DNA of 63,684 nucleotides, filler included, from Octopus bimaculoides (Eukaryota): the NCBI RefSeq assembly GCF_001194135.2. It is 4 parts of 4 records of this genome, joined end to end, with 100 filler letters (N's around TTAATTAATTAA, not from the genome) between each part and the next. Parts side by side here need not be neighbours in the genome. Positions count along the whole stretch, not along the records: positions 1 to 23,164 come from NC_068994.1; 3 more parts are not named here. The stretch is one strand, 5' to 3'. Below, piece after piece: positions 1 to 12,254 of this stretch. Position 1 is the first letter of the stretch. Each line of letters opens with the position of its first letter. Made by a program: the position numbers and the translations under genes. The notes below the pieces were generated by a model. It worked only from the letters and a program-made list of their open reading frames with translations. It was not told where the DNA came from and did no database searches.

Positions 1-807
1 CTTATTCCATAAGTCTCTTTTGCTGAACTGCTAAATTATGGGGATGTAAACACAACACCAGTCATAAAGCAATGGGGGTGGGGGGTGGGGTGACCTCAGA
101 ATTAGTAACCATGTGGTTGGGAAGCAAACTTCTTATCACACAGCCACTTGGGTGGAACAGTGTTGATGTTGGCATTCCATGTTAACATTATGTATCTGGA
201 CTTTTAAAGACCAGCAGAATACAAAAGGCCCTTACTTGAAAAACAAGTTAGTGAAAGGAAGAGGATTATCATCATCACCATCGTCATCATCATATAAAGT
301 CTGCCTTCCATATTGGCATGTGCTGAACAGTTTGACAGGAGCTGGCAAGTCAGAAGATAGCACCATACTCTGCTGTCTGCTTTGGCACAGTTTCTACAGC
401 TGGATGCTCTTCAGACACTTTGCAGAATGTACTGGGTGCCTTTTATGTGGCACTAGCACCGGCACTAGCACCAGCAGTAAGGTTACCAATTAATTTGCAA
501 GACAAGATTCCTCCTCAACTGAGGGACAATTAGTATTGAGGGTGCTGAAAGGTTTGTGCCAGGTGATGAGAAGTTACAGTATGAATAGAGAGACAGAAAT
601 AGGTGTCTGGCAGTAAAGAAGAGAGAGAGAGAGATGATGAAAATGTAAAAGGACATAAAATCCTGCCTCAAATAATTCTCCATCTAACCCATGCTAGCAT
701 GGAATAAATGAATGTTAAACAAAGATATTCTACATCTTCTGCTCATGAATCACTAAAAGCAAATATTAAGTCATACAGCAATTTCAACCAATTCAGGATT
801 TCTCTTC

Positions 808-1205
808 ACTCATTTGTGGTAAGAAGCTTTGCTTCCCAACCACATGGTTTGTGGTTCAGTCCCACTGTGTGGCACCTTGGGCAAGTGTCTTCTACTATAG
901 CCTTGGGTCAACCAAAGCCTTGTCAGTGGATTTGGTAGATGAAAACTGAAAGAAGCTCATTGTATAAATGTATACATACCTATGTGTGCGTATCTTTGTG
1001 TCTGTGTTTGTCCCCACCCACTTACTGCTTCACAACTGGTGCATGTGGTCTTTATGTAACCATAACTTCATGGTTCAGCAAAAGAGACTGATAGAATAAG
1101 GACCAGGCTTTACAAAAATAAGTATTGGGGTCAATACATTCAACTAAAAACTCTTCAAGGCAATGCCCCATCATGGTCAGTCTAGTGACTGAAACAAGTA
1201 AAAAT
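808..1205 (+). mobile_element. SINE family A (tRNA head, CORE-like GCACCTTGGGCAAGTG domain), CpG-decayed copy
   Basis: Matches the many copies in this window: GTGGTAAGAAG..GCTTCCCAACCACATGG, B-box-like GGTTCAGTCCC, tail ATGACTGAAACAAGTAAAA. Confidence 0.9.
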
Positions 1206-1704
1206 TAAAGAAAGGTCTTTACTGGAGTGTAATCTTTAAATGATGTTGTATTAGAAGTGAGGTGTTATGTTCTTAAAGAAAACTGGAAACATACTGCCAC
1301 GGGTCTGAATGGGAGATAAGCCTCAAGAGAACTGAGTTTGAACCCTAGATTCATTTTCTTATCACAGTTTTCTCAATTCATCTATGCTGCTAATATTTTC
1401 ACAATTTTATTTTTTTTTAATCTTTTATCATTTATTTGTGTCAGTTATTGGACTGTGGCCAAGCTGGGGCACTGCCTTCTAGGGTTTTTAGTAAAACAAA
1501 TTGAGTCCAGCACTTATATTTTTGAAGCGTGGTCATTATTCTATCATCCACTTTTGCTGAACCACTAAGTTGTGGAGATGTAAAGAAACCAACACTGGTT
1601 GTCAATGCATGCATGCATACACACACACACACAATGGTTTTCTTTTAGTTTCTATCTACCAAATTCACTTACAAGGCTTTGATTGGCTCAGGGCTATATA
1701 TTTT

Positions 1705-1913
1705 ATCTTTTACTTGTTTCGGTCATCAGACTGGGGTCATGCTGGGGCACCATCTTGAAGAATTTCAGTTAGCAAATCGATCCCAGTTTTTATTTCTATT
1801 TTAAGCCTGGTACTTATTCTATCGGGTTCTTTTTGCCAAATGGCTAAGTAATGGGGACATAAACACACCAACACCAGTTGTCAAGAGGGACAAACTCATA
1901 TACAAAGACACAC

Positions 1914-1944
<31 letters not shown>

Positions 1945-2180
1945 CAATAGGCCTCTTTCAGTTTCCATTTACTAAATCCATTCACAAGGCTTTGGTTAGC
2001 CTGAGGCTATAATAGTGGGACTGAATCTGGAATTATATGGTTAAGAAGCAAACTTCTTACCACAGCTACACCTGTGCCTATAAGATGCTTAGAAGATACT
2101 TGTCCAAGGTGCCATGCAGTGGGACTGAACCCAGAACCATGTGGTTGGGAAACAAGTTTCTCAATACACAGTCACACCTG
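1705..2180 (-). mobile_element. SINE family A, near full length
   Basis: Reverse-complement match to the family A consensus. Confidence 0.88.
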
Positions 2181-3254
2181 CATCTATTCAGATTAGTTTT
2201 CCCCAAAACAGTCGACTAGTTAATTACTTAAAAAGTGGGACCTAATATACTTAATGTGGTGAACCAAGACATTTTAATTGATTAGATAATTAAAATTAAA
2301 CTCATCACAAAGAGGGAAAGCATTATCTTAATGATTAACCTTGATCAAGAAAGCCAAAAGTAAAACCCCGGGAATTAAATTAATTATAAATACAATAAAG
2401 TGGGAGTGTGAGCCTAATCTTTGAGACTTGAGTGACAGTTGTGGACATGTTTAGGTCTTAAACCTCATCAGTAAATAGTCTAAAACCATTACTGCCAGAT
2501 TTTTGAATGATCAAAGATAATATATAACTCTAGTGAACGAACAGAGTGATGCTATAATGTAAAAGAATGACTGTAGGATGGTGGATACCCAGGTTTGCCT
2601 GCTGTATGAAAAACTCAGCAAAGTGTGTGTTAACAAAATTAATGTAATGAGAAAAGACATTTCAATTGATTAAAATTACTTGCTTTCATTGTTTTTATTT
2701 CTTAAAAAAACACAAGTGTTTTACAGCAATATTCCACGTTACAATGGATGAGATGCATTCCATAAGTAAAGACATGGTTGTGTGAATACAGAGCTCCTCT
2801 TATAATCACATGTTCACAGGTTCTATCTCACTACAAGGCACTTTGGGCCAGTGTCTTCTGCTAATGCCTCAAGCTGACTAATACCTTGTAAGTAGAATAA
2901 GAAAGTGGAGGACTGTATGGAAGCCCATTATGTGTGTGTGTATGTGTGTGGTAAAGAACCCCTTCGGTCATGAATGACCATGAAGTTGCATCTAGAAAGT
3001 TCTCCTCCAAGGCACAAGTCTGGGCAAGGTTGTTTATGAAAGACCAGCAGTCATCCATGTATACCAGTCTCCCTTCTCCATACCACTAATGTTGTCCTAG
3101 GGAAAGGCAAAGCACCAGTGATGTTGCAACCCATTTCTACAACTGAGTGAACTGGAGCAACGTTAAATAAAGTGTCTTACTCATGAACACAACACACAGC
3201 TCGGTCTGAAATTGAACTCACAATCTCACAATTGTAAGCCTGACACTCTAACTA

Positions 3255-3480
3255 CATCTGAAGGGTGAGTTGGGAGAAGATTTAATCCAGGGACTAGCTT
3301 AACATCACAACCTGACACTCAATGTTGAGGTGACGGTGTCAAATCGGATCTGTTAAAAAGAGAATGAGCGAACAGAATTTGGTTCCAGTCCATCTAGCAA
3401 GGCAGTAATTGTAAATAAGAACTGACTGGAGCCTTGAAGACCCATCTAACCCATGTAAACATGGTGAAGAAGATGTAAAA
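3255..3480 (+). mobile_element. Degenerate RTE-like 3' end
   Basis: Weak WEK..D..LNIT..WR-like coding remnant followed by the CCCATCTAACCCATGT..CATGG..AAG.AGATGTAAAA tail shared with the RTE-tail family. Confidence 0.4.
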
Positions 3481-6424
3481 ATTGCGCGTGTGTGTGTGTA
3501 ATGTATGTATATTATGTAGCAGACCCTAAAGTATTTCGGATACTAAACAGAAAGGAAAGTACGCTTTCAAATAATTAAGAAATGCTTTATTTTATTATTT
3601 AAAAAAAATTTTTTTTTCACTTTTCAATATCAAGAAAAAATTTCATTTTCAAAAATATTGTTGTTTTGGAGTTAGGAATTTGTAAAAATATATGAGCAAC
3701 GGAGAAAAAATGTTTCGTAATCATTTTGAAGTGTGATTGTTTTGCTGCGCTGCTTGTTTACGTTTAGTTTTAAAAGCTGCAGGACTCTGCGCGGATTATG
3801 TATGTGCGTGGGTGTACGCATACACACACACACACGTACGCAGTATTTGTATGTGTGTGTGTGACTATATATTAATTATATAGATGTATGTGTGAACAAT
3901 TTAACATAAATGAATAAATAAAAAAGTTGGTAATGCTACTAATTACTTATAACTCTACAAGCTTCTTGCCTAATGTATTTAGTTAAAGACAGTAAAATAG
4001 AAAGTTATGCAATGAACACATACACCACTGCGAATGGCAAAGGTTGAGCAGTGGTTGACTATTTCACTACTAACCGGGGAGTTTGCGATGTTTGGGGAAA
4101 ATGTGGAGAGATTTTATATCATACTGACATTGCTTTGACCCAGGCCAGCCTTGATCAAAAGCATTCTCCAGCTGCGATCATCTCCTCTAGTTTTATGTTT
4201 TTGTTTTGTTCCAAGCACAATATATCTAAGAATATATTAGCCAATGTTTTTACCTACTTTTTTTTTTAAGTGTGATACGAGGAGATTTGTCTGTTGTTTT
4301 TAGCAAGACAAGCGAACCCGTAGTCTCTCCGTTATTGACGCTAGTGAGAAAGATTCAGCGAAGAGAGAAACGAATAACGCATGACCGATACCAATAACAT
4401 ATCTGATTAAACAAAATAATTGTTTCTAATCGAAACTGAAAGATTACAAACTGTTATCATCATCATCATCATTTGTTTTCCTATTTCAATATTCTTGTTA
4501 ATTAGTTAAGACATTTACATTTCGATTGTTTGCACAACTGATTTTACTTGTTTATATACACATATACATACGCACACACACACACAATAACACACTAAAT
4601 AGAAACCAAAATACACGGTAAATCAGGAATGACAGCAAATTAAATTGGCATCAAAAGGGGTAGTGGTAATCGGTGAAGCTATTAGATAGTATTTAAGGAA
4701 CTGTACCTTGATGTTTCGAGTAGTTTGGATTGTGTTTTGCGAAAGTCTGCTGAAGAAGTCGATCATTGTCGACAGCCAGACACCAAAACGGTGTAAGATA
4801 GAATAAGTGTCTTCTATAAAAGATTTTTTTCCAGAGAAATATACAACTATTATTTAATAAAAGAATCATATATGAGCAAAAAATGACAGTTCTGATAATC
4901 ATATTGTTCTTAAGATGAGTTCTGATAGTTTTAAGATTTTGATTACACTTGTGTTCTCAAATCGATTTCCCCCTCCTACTATGCAGTGCCGTCTTAATGT
5001 AGGGCACGCAGAGCTGTTACCCGAGGGACCACCAGTCTGAAAGTTCAATGCTAGTTTATGTGAGTGGTTTGCTATCAATAAATACATTCTATATGCCCCT
5101 TTTACCTCAGGATGAGGGTGATGCAGATGTTAAGACTGTGCTGTCATTACGTTCAAATTGTTGAATCAGTATTTTTCCATTCATAATTTTTATTTGTTTG
5201 TTTAACCTCCTGATTCATTCAGATCGAGAACTATCATTAAATATGTCTCGTCATTTTAAGGTAATCCAAAACTACGTTATCGAATGAGAAATTTCATGTA
5301 AGATATTAGGGTATGATTTGCGTGTTTGGCTGCTGTTTCTAACAGACGGAACGATTATACAGATGTCTTCTCGACGTTAGGTTGTTTTATTTCGTATATT
5401 ATCGATCCAGTTGTTGTTTGGCCTCAGGTCAGCCCTCACGAACAGACCTATAATCAAAGACATTACGATCAGGACCACTCCATCTTGTTTATAGCAGGAG
5501 TGTCTCTTGAATTACACTATTTAAAGTGTTCATTTCCATTATTTTCCTTCTTATTTTTATTGTTTTTCTGAGAGTAGGTTGTAATGCCAGTCATCTGGTC
5601 GCGAATTCTAGCTAGTCTATCGACCACATAGAGACTCTATCGTTGTCTTGCTTCTTCCGTTATTTGTTGTCTACGTGGTAAACATTAACTACTTTATATT
5701 TAATAATACACTTAATCATTTCTATTTATATTAAAAGATACAATACTTTCTTTAAACTGCATCAATATTCACTTGCCTACTAGGCCTGTTCTTTAGACTG
5801 CGTCTGCTCTGATGGCGGAGGCCAAAAATCATTCCATCCATGAGCTTCCAGTCAAGCAGAATGACTCGAAGACTACATTATCAAATAGGATCGTTCGTTT
5901 TTACGAACATATGGTGTGATTCGAAGGAGATCTATTTGTTATTTGAATGCAAGTATAGAAGTGCGGTTAGAAAGTTCGCTTCGCGACTACGTGGCTTCGA
6001 ATCCAGTGCAACTGCATAGTACATTGGACAGCAGATAATCTATCATAGTTTCGGGTGAACTAAAAAATGGTCTTCTGAGTGAAAATGGGTGGATGGAAAC
6101 TATGTTAAAGTCCATCAAAGGAGCCATTCCTGTCTTTGAGTAGTAAACTTAATCCATCGCACGGTGCCTTCAGCGTAGTATACTCGGCCCGAGGACAACT
6201 TCCTCCCTTCTTCTCTTCACTCTCAGAGATCTCTGCAAAGAATCATGAATGCTACCCTACATCCCCTCACTGTGTCATTTACAAAAAGGTTGAGTGATGG
6301 TCTATAAAACCCACACAGACATCTACACAATTTAAAAAAATTTTATGGGAGGGTTATAAAGAAAAATAAAAAAGAACTGAAAAGTTCCTCTGGTATTATA
6401 TTTATGTTTTGCATGTGGTGTTGA

Positions 6425-6760
6425 CATAGATATTCATACACAGGTGTAGTTCTGTATATTAGCTGTTAAAACATATGTATGTGGTGTTGTATATTACATG
6501 TTTACACACATGTGGGATCGTATATTTGATATTTACAGAACATGTACATACATATGATATTGCATATTACTCTATTATTTACACACGTGTGGTGTTGTAT
6601 ATTAGGTGATATTAGGTGTTTATGTTCACAAACATACACAAATTTTATATTAGATGTTTACACCCACAAGGGGCTGTATTTTAGATGTTTACACACATGG
6701 GGTGGTGTTATATTAGATATTTATATGCATACGCACACACTGTTTGGTGTTGTATATCTG
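6425..6760. repeat. Degenerate ~31-bp minisatellite, about 10 units (GTGGTGTTGTATATTAGATGTTTACACACAT)
   Basis: Recurrent GGTGTTGTATATT and TGTTTACAC motifs. Confidence 0.75.
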
Positions 6761-7034
6761 AGGAACTAAACCAGAAAACAGGATCAAATCCAATTAATTT
6801 TAGTCAAAAGTCACAAATTTTGAGACATTTTTATTTTAGCTACCATGTCCATAACAGCAGAAAAGGCACATTCAACTATGTTGTTGGAAAGGATAAAATC
6901 TCTGCTGATCTTTAATAGCAAGTTTGTTATGTTTGGTAAGATCTTGTATACTTCAGCCACATAAGGTGTTGTTTAGAAGTTTGGTTTAGTTTCACAGTTA
7001 TCACATTACATATCCATTATTTTCCCCAGTTAAA

Positions 7035-7518
7035 GAGAAATAGAAGAACATTCCATGAAAGGAAGTTCATCTATTCCAGATCCATGAATCTGTTGTTGAG
7101 GTCATTATGGCAACCGAAAAGGTATTCTGATATTTGTAACACATTTTGTGATGGATCACATTTACATTTAAAAAGATGTTGAAAGTGAGGAAAGATATTT
7201 CTCAAAACTTAGGTTTTTAAAAAATAGTTTTGCTGACAAGATCACTTATTGAGGTCTTGCAATCTATAATCTTTTAATTTTGAATGTCTTTATTTGATGT
7301 ATTTTATCTTTACGACCATGTTCAAACATTCTTAACAATGTTTCTCCACAATCTACTGTTTTCCATTGCTCATGGTCACTGCTCTTTACTGAAGTTTGTA
7401 ATGTCTGAGAATTGATCAATGAATGTTTGAATGGCTCTTCCTCTACTGTGCCTGCCATTAGTTGGTTCCCACAATAGTAGCTTGATGTATTTAATTTACT
7501 GAAAATATCAGCAAGATA
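7035..7518 (-). pseudogene. hAT transposase fossil, downstream part, interrupted by an RTE-X fragment
   Basis: YLADIFSKLN at 7489-7518, then after the LINE insert FPHFQHLFKC...EYL..CHNDLNNRFMDLE*MNFLSW, matching the recalled YLADIFxKLN and HL..L..DF..RF.DL..M.FP.W motifs. Confidence 0.62.
7295..7488 (-). mobile_element. RTE-X-like LINE 3' fragment
   Basis: Alternative frame to the listed ORF reads KLLLWEPTNGRHSRGRAIQTFIDQFSDITNFSKEQ*P*AMENSRLWRNIVKNV*, the C-terminal LLW.P..G.R.RGR...T.ID...AM..R..WR pattern; two of the stops fit CGA>TGA. Confidence 0.7.
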
Positions 7519-7929
7519 TTTTGGGTACAGACAATTGGAGCCTGGACAGCTCTCCAGCTGGCCAGTTCCTGTCAAACTGTCCAACCCATGTCAATATGGA
7601 AAAGCAGTCATTATGCAATGATGATGATGATGATGAAAATATCACTGGATTTTCATGAACTGGAAATCCTCTTGATCTCTATCAAAGTCCAACAGTATCA
7701 CACATAAGTATGGAGGAGCAGTTTCGCACAGTATTCATTCACATACTTTTATTCTTTTACTTGTTTCAGTCATTTCACTGTGGCCACTTACTCACCTATT
7801 CTTTGTAACCCTAGTACTTATTCTATCAGTCTCTTTTGCTGAACCACTAAGTTACAGGGATGTAAACATTAGTTGTCAAGCGATGATAGGGGAACAAACA
7901 CAGACACACACACATAAATATATATACAC

Positions 7930-8280
7930 ACACACATCATCATCATCGTTTAACGTCCGCTTTCCATGCTAGCATGGGTTGGACGATTTGACTGAGGACT
8001 GGCAAGCCAGAAGGCTGCACCAGGCTCCAATCTGATCTGGCAGAGTTTCTACAGCTGAATGCCCTTCCTAATGCCAACCACTCCGAGAGTGTAGTGGGTG
8101 CTTTTATGTGCCACCGGCACGAGGGCCAGTCACACGGTACTGTGTGTGTGTGTATGTATATCATCATCATCATCGTCATTTAACGTCCGCTTTCCATGCT
8201 AGCATGGGTTGGAGGATTTGACTGAGGCTGGTGAAACCAGATGGCTACACCAGGCTCCAATCTGATTTGGCAGAGTTTGG
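7930..8280 (-). mobile_element. Two tandem young copies of the RTE 3'-tail element with (GAT)n tails; other copies ~270-480, 7540-7640, 9960-10260, 14300-14500, 41165-41300, 59009-59192
   Basis: Near-identical to the tail at 39027-39170 (TTTAACGTCCGCTTTCCATGCTAGCATGGGTTGGA.GATTTGACTGAGG). Confidence 0.88.
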
Positions 8281-9080
8281 ATACTAACAAGCAGTACTGG
8301 CATGCTAAATATAGCAGTTAAAATGACCTAACCACAAATTTTCACTTACACACAAAGGTGAAAGTGGGCAAATGAATAAAAATCCTAAACCCCATATTTT
8401 TTTCTCCAAAGTTTGAAATCACAGTGATTCGGGTATGTCTAACCTTTTCAATTTTCAATTATTTTCAACATTGGTACAGAGTTTTAGGATCTTTATTCAT
8501 TTACCTGCTTTTACCTTTGTGGTTAAGTGAAAATTTGTCATTTGGTCATTTTGACTGCTATATTTAGCATGCTAGTACTACTTGTTAGTAGCCTTAATTA
8601 TTAATTGATAACTTTTGTAACGTTAAGGGTTTTTTACGCATGCTAAGCCTTTGGTATTATTATAAACAATGATATCCTCACATATATTTAAATAATTTTT
8701 ATTCACTTCGATTACCTTTTTAAAATTTGCTGCAGCATTAAAAACAGTCATCGTACACATTGGTAAAATTAATAATCTCTATAACCCTGGGGTCAGTAAG
8801 ACTCGCTGAAGATGAACTAAGAGTTTTTCTCAAATTTCAAAATCACAGTCTGGCTTTTTCAATTTTCAATTATTTTCGTCATTGGTATGGGGTTTTAGGA
8901 TTTCTATTCATTTACCCACTTTCACCTTGGTGGTTTGGTCATTTTGACTGCTATATTTAGCATGCTAGTACTACTTGTTAGTACCCTTAATTTTTAATTG
9001 ATAATTTTTTTACCATTATGGGTTTTTACACATGCTAAGCCACTGATATTATTATAAACAATAACATACTCATATGTATN
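8281..9080. repeat. Inverted-plus-direct repeat (foldback-like) structure
   Basis: 8281-8396 is the reverse complement of ~8474-8590 (roughly 85% by eye); 8400-8680 is repeated directly at ~8825-9080. Confidence 0.85.
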
Positions 9081-9299
9081 NNNNNNNNNNNNNNNNNNNN
9101 NNNNNNNNNAAATTCACTCATAAGGCTTTGGTTAGATGAAAGCTATAGTAGAAATACTTGCCCCAAGTGTCACGCAGTGGGACTGAACCTGGAGCCATGT
9201 GGTTGGGAAGCAAGCTTCTTACCACACAGCCATGCCTGTTTATAAATTTTTAAAAATAGTTTTTGAGTTACTGGATGGGCTTTACTTTTACTACTTACT

Positions 9300-9720
9300 T
9301 CATTAGTTCATCCAATGTAGGACAAAGCTTAGTAGCTGCCAAACTCTTGGAATAGTATAATGATTAGTCATCATATCAAGATTATAATCTTTCTGAAGTT
9401 TCACTGTTCCCTTATGTCAAACCATCATTGTTGGTCCACCATCCTCAGCAGTAGACACAATAATAGTTACTGGAATATTATTTAATGCCAGGTATTTCCA
9501 TACTACCTTATAGATATCTTGTACAGTTGTGGTAGTGGTGGTGTTTAAAGCCTCATTAAAATAATATCAATTTTGAGTTCTGCTGAAACCATGCATTAGC
9601 AAGAAGGTATTTTTTTTTCTGTCACAAACTGTAGTTTCATCAAGAGCTCTTACAGGTAAAAAAAAAACTGAGTTTAAAACTAGTTTGAAGTTCATGTTTT
9701 ATTCCTGCAGGTTAGTGAAC
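9300..9720 (-). pseudogene. hAT (Charlie/ZBED-type) transposase fossil, catalytic-core part
   Basis: Manual translation: ALDETT...TTTTTVQDIYKVVWKYLALNNIPVTIIVSTAEDGGPTMMV*HKGTVKLQKDYNLDMMTNHYTIPR. This fits the recalled hAT pattern LDE(S/T)T...TTxxDIY...NIP..I.S..TDGAP.M.G.HKG....HC.IHR. The internal TGA is consistent with CGA deamination. Confidence 0.7.
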
Positions 9721-10916
9721 CTTTCTTCATTCAGGTGTTTCAAGTATATCCTGAACATGGAGAGAAGCAAATGTCTTCTACTATGGCCTTGTGAGTGGAT
9801 TTGATAAATGGAAACTGAAAGAAATCTATTGTATGGGTGTGTGTTGTACTCTTGTCTAGACATAATGATGGTTGTAAATGAACATCACTGTTATATAAGT
9901 AATGTTGTTTGTCTCCAGGCTTTTGTGAAAAACATGTCTGGCCACAGGAAATATTACATTGCATGGAAACAGGTGTGGGTTGGTGACAGAAAGGGCATCC
10001 AGCTATAAAAAAATCTGCCTGACCCATACAAGCATGGAAAAGTGGATGTTAAATAAGCAACTGATGAAATCTAAAATAAGCTCCATGTGGTGTATAAATG
10101 AATCATCATTATTTTCTCTTTGCTTTTTTTTTTTCATGGTTGCAACAAAGAAACTGGTAATTTTTGTTATATTTTTACAGCTGGATGCCCTTCTTATCAC
10201 CAACTACTTTGCAATATAGAATGGATGTATTCTATCATGCCATCAGCACCAGAGTTCTTTGCAGTGAGACTGAAAAGTCCTTTCTGACCTCATGTTACTG
10301 CTTTCTTAGATGAGTTACATTTGAGACAGTACAGGATTTCAGTGGAAGCCTACAGCATTGGAGATGTTTTCACTGTCTAAGTAGAAGTAGAAAACTTATT
10401 TTAATAATCTGTGACAGCTGCATTCACGATGCAGGAACTAAGAGAACTTACTGTCTACTGGTTGGATAGGATTATCACCTGTTAAACTTTATAGATGAGG
10501 ACAGTGCTTGTACTTAGTTCTTGGCCAAGAGTTAAGAGAGAGAAAGATGGGTATGGGGACCAACAGTATCCAAACATAGTTAAATACAGCTAAACATATA
10601 GAGAAAGAGCTAGCAATGGTGGTTTGTGGCAGGGAAGGACTGGGGTGGGGTGGGAATCTAGCTACCAAGGGAACTAACTTATTGGCATAGAACACCCTTG
10701 TCAAAAGAATAGGGTGACTGGTTATAAATATGGCCAGCACTGCTAACTTCTACATACTTATTTAACATAGTAAATTATGAAATATTATTAATAAATAATG
10801 AGCAGTTAATCACTTCACTTATCTTAGCTCTGAACTGGGCTGATATTTTCCAACTGCCTTCAAGCCTTAAATGGGGCCTGAGGTAGCTTACAACTTAAGA
10901 CATGAACATTGTCTCA

Positions 10917-11295
10917 CAGGTGTGGCTATGTGGTAAGAAGCTTGCTTCCCAGCCACATGGTAGTGGGTTCAGGTCACTGCATGGTGTCTTGGGCAAGTGT
11001 CTTCTACTACAGCTTTGATCAAAGCCTTGTGAAAGGATTTGGTAGCAGGAAACTGAAAGGAGTCTGCCATATATGTATGTGTGTCTTTGTTTGTCTCCCA
11101 GCACCACTTGACAACTGGTGTGGGTATGTTTATATTCCCATAACTCAGCAGCTAGGAAAGAGACCAATAGAATAAGTACCAGGCTTTAAAAAAAAATACG
11201 AATTGGGTTTGATTCATTTGATTAAAAAATTCTTCAAGGTAGTACCCCAGCATAGTTGCAGTCTAAAGACGGGAAAAAGCAGATACAAGAGAAAG
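10917..11295 (+). mobile_element. SINE family A, full length, CpG-decayed
   Basis: Head CAGGTGTGGCTATGTGGTAAGAAGCTTGCTTCCC through the CAGCATAGTTGCAGTCTAA tail. Confidence 0.9.
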
Positions 11296-11459
11296 TGTCA
11301 CTGATTTATAAAGTGTAAACTTAATTAGCTCTAATATTTTTGCAGTGATGCGATGACTAAATAACTGTCTCCTGATCTTTGTAATTGTGGGCCACATTGG
11401 AAATTAAATAAAAAAAAGATTAGAGCTGCAATTCACATAAATTAAAACAATTACCTTTT

Positions 11460-11825
11460 AATCATTTCAGCATTACACTACAGTCATGCTGGGGCACTGC
11501 TTTGAAGAGTTTTTAGTCCAATGTATCGATCCCCAGTACTTATTTTTTTAAAGCCTGGCACTTACTCTATCAGTCTCTTTCACCAAGCTGCTAAGTTATG
11601 GGGATGTAAACACACCAGCACCAGTTGTCAAGCAGTGGGGGGGGGGGAGTCAAACACAAACACACACACATAGATATGATGGTTTCTTTTCAGCTTCTGT
11701 CAAACAAATCCACTTGCAAAGCTTTGGGTGGTCTGAGGTCTACAGTAGAAGACACTTGCCCAAGGTACAATGCTGAAGGACTGAACCTGGAACCATTTGG
11801 TTGGGAAGCAAGCTTCTTACCACTC
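11460..11825 (-). mobile_element. SINE family A
   Basis: Reverse-complement match to the family A consensus. Confidence 0.88.
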
Positions 11826-12254
11826 CTGTTCATGACTTATTTTATTTGTGCCTTAGAATTCATAAGACTGGTTACCTGATTTCCAAGAAGTATAAGTGAC
11901 TGAGATCACAAAATTCCTCAAATCAGGATGCTGGTGGTTCAAAATCAGTGACTTTGAGGGGAGGGGGCAAGTTGGTTACATCAACTCCCAATACTTGACT
12001 GGTACTTTATTTTATCAATCCTGAAGAGATGAAAGGCAGAGTTGACCTTGGCAGGATTTGAACTCAGAATGCAAAAGAGCTGGAAGAAATGTTGCTAAGT
12101 ATTTTGTCTGACTTGCTAAAAATCTTGCCAGCTCAAACCTCAGCAGTTTTAATGTTAAAATTTAGGGAAAACTATAAAACACTACTTTTATCTGTTTCAG
12201 TCATTAGACTGTGGCCATGATGGGGCATTGCATTACATTTTTAGCAAATGAATC

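Noticed and set aside
2220-2740. Cluster of TAAT/ATTA homeodomain-like sites (also four AATAATTG at ~29990-30070)
   Set aside because: Expected at high frequency in DNA this AT-rich; no independent support for an enhancer.
7030-7121. Plus-strand exon-like segment with an open frame; also a 21-nt microexon-like segment at 9635-9655
   Set aside because: Both lie antisense to recognisable hAT transposase sequence, which explains the DNA without invoking exons.
7264-7584. 106-aa minus-strand ORF as a gene
   Set aside because: Chimeric read-through of an RTE tail, ten hAT codons and an off-frame RTE-X fragment.
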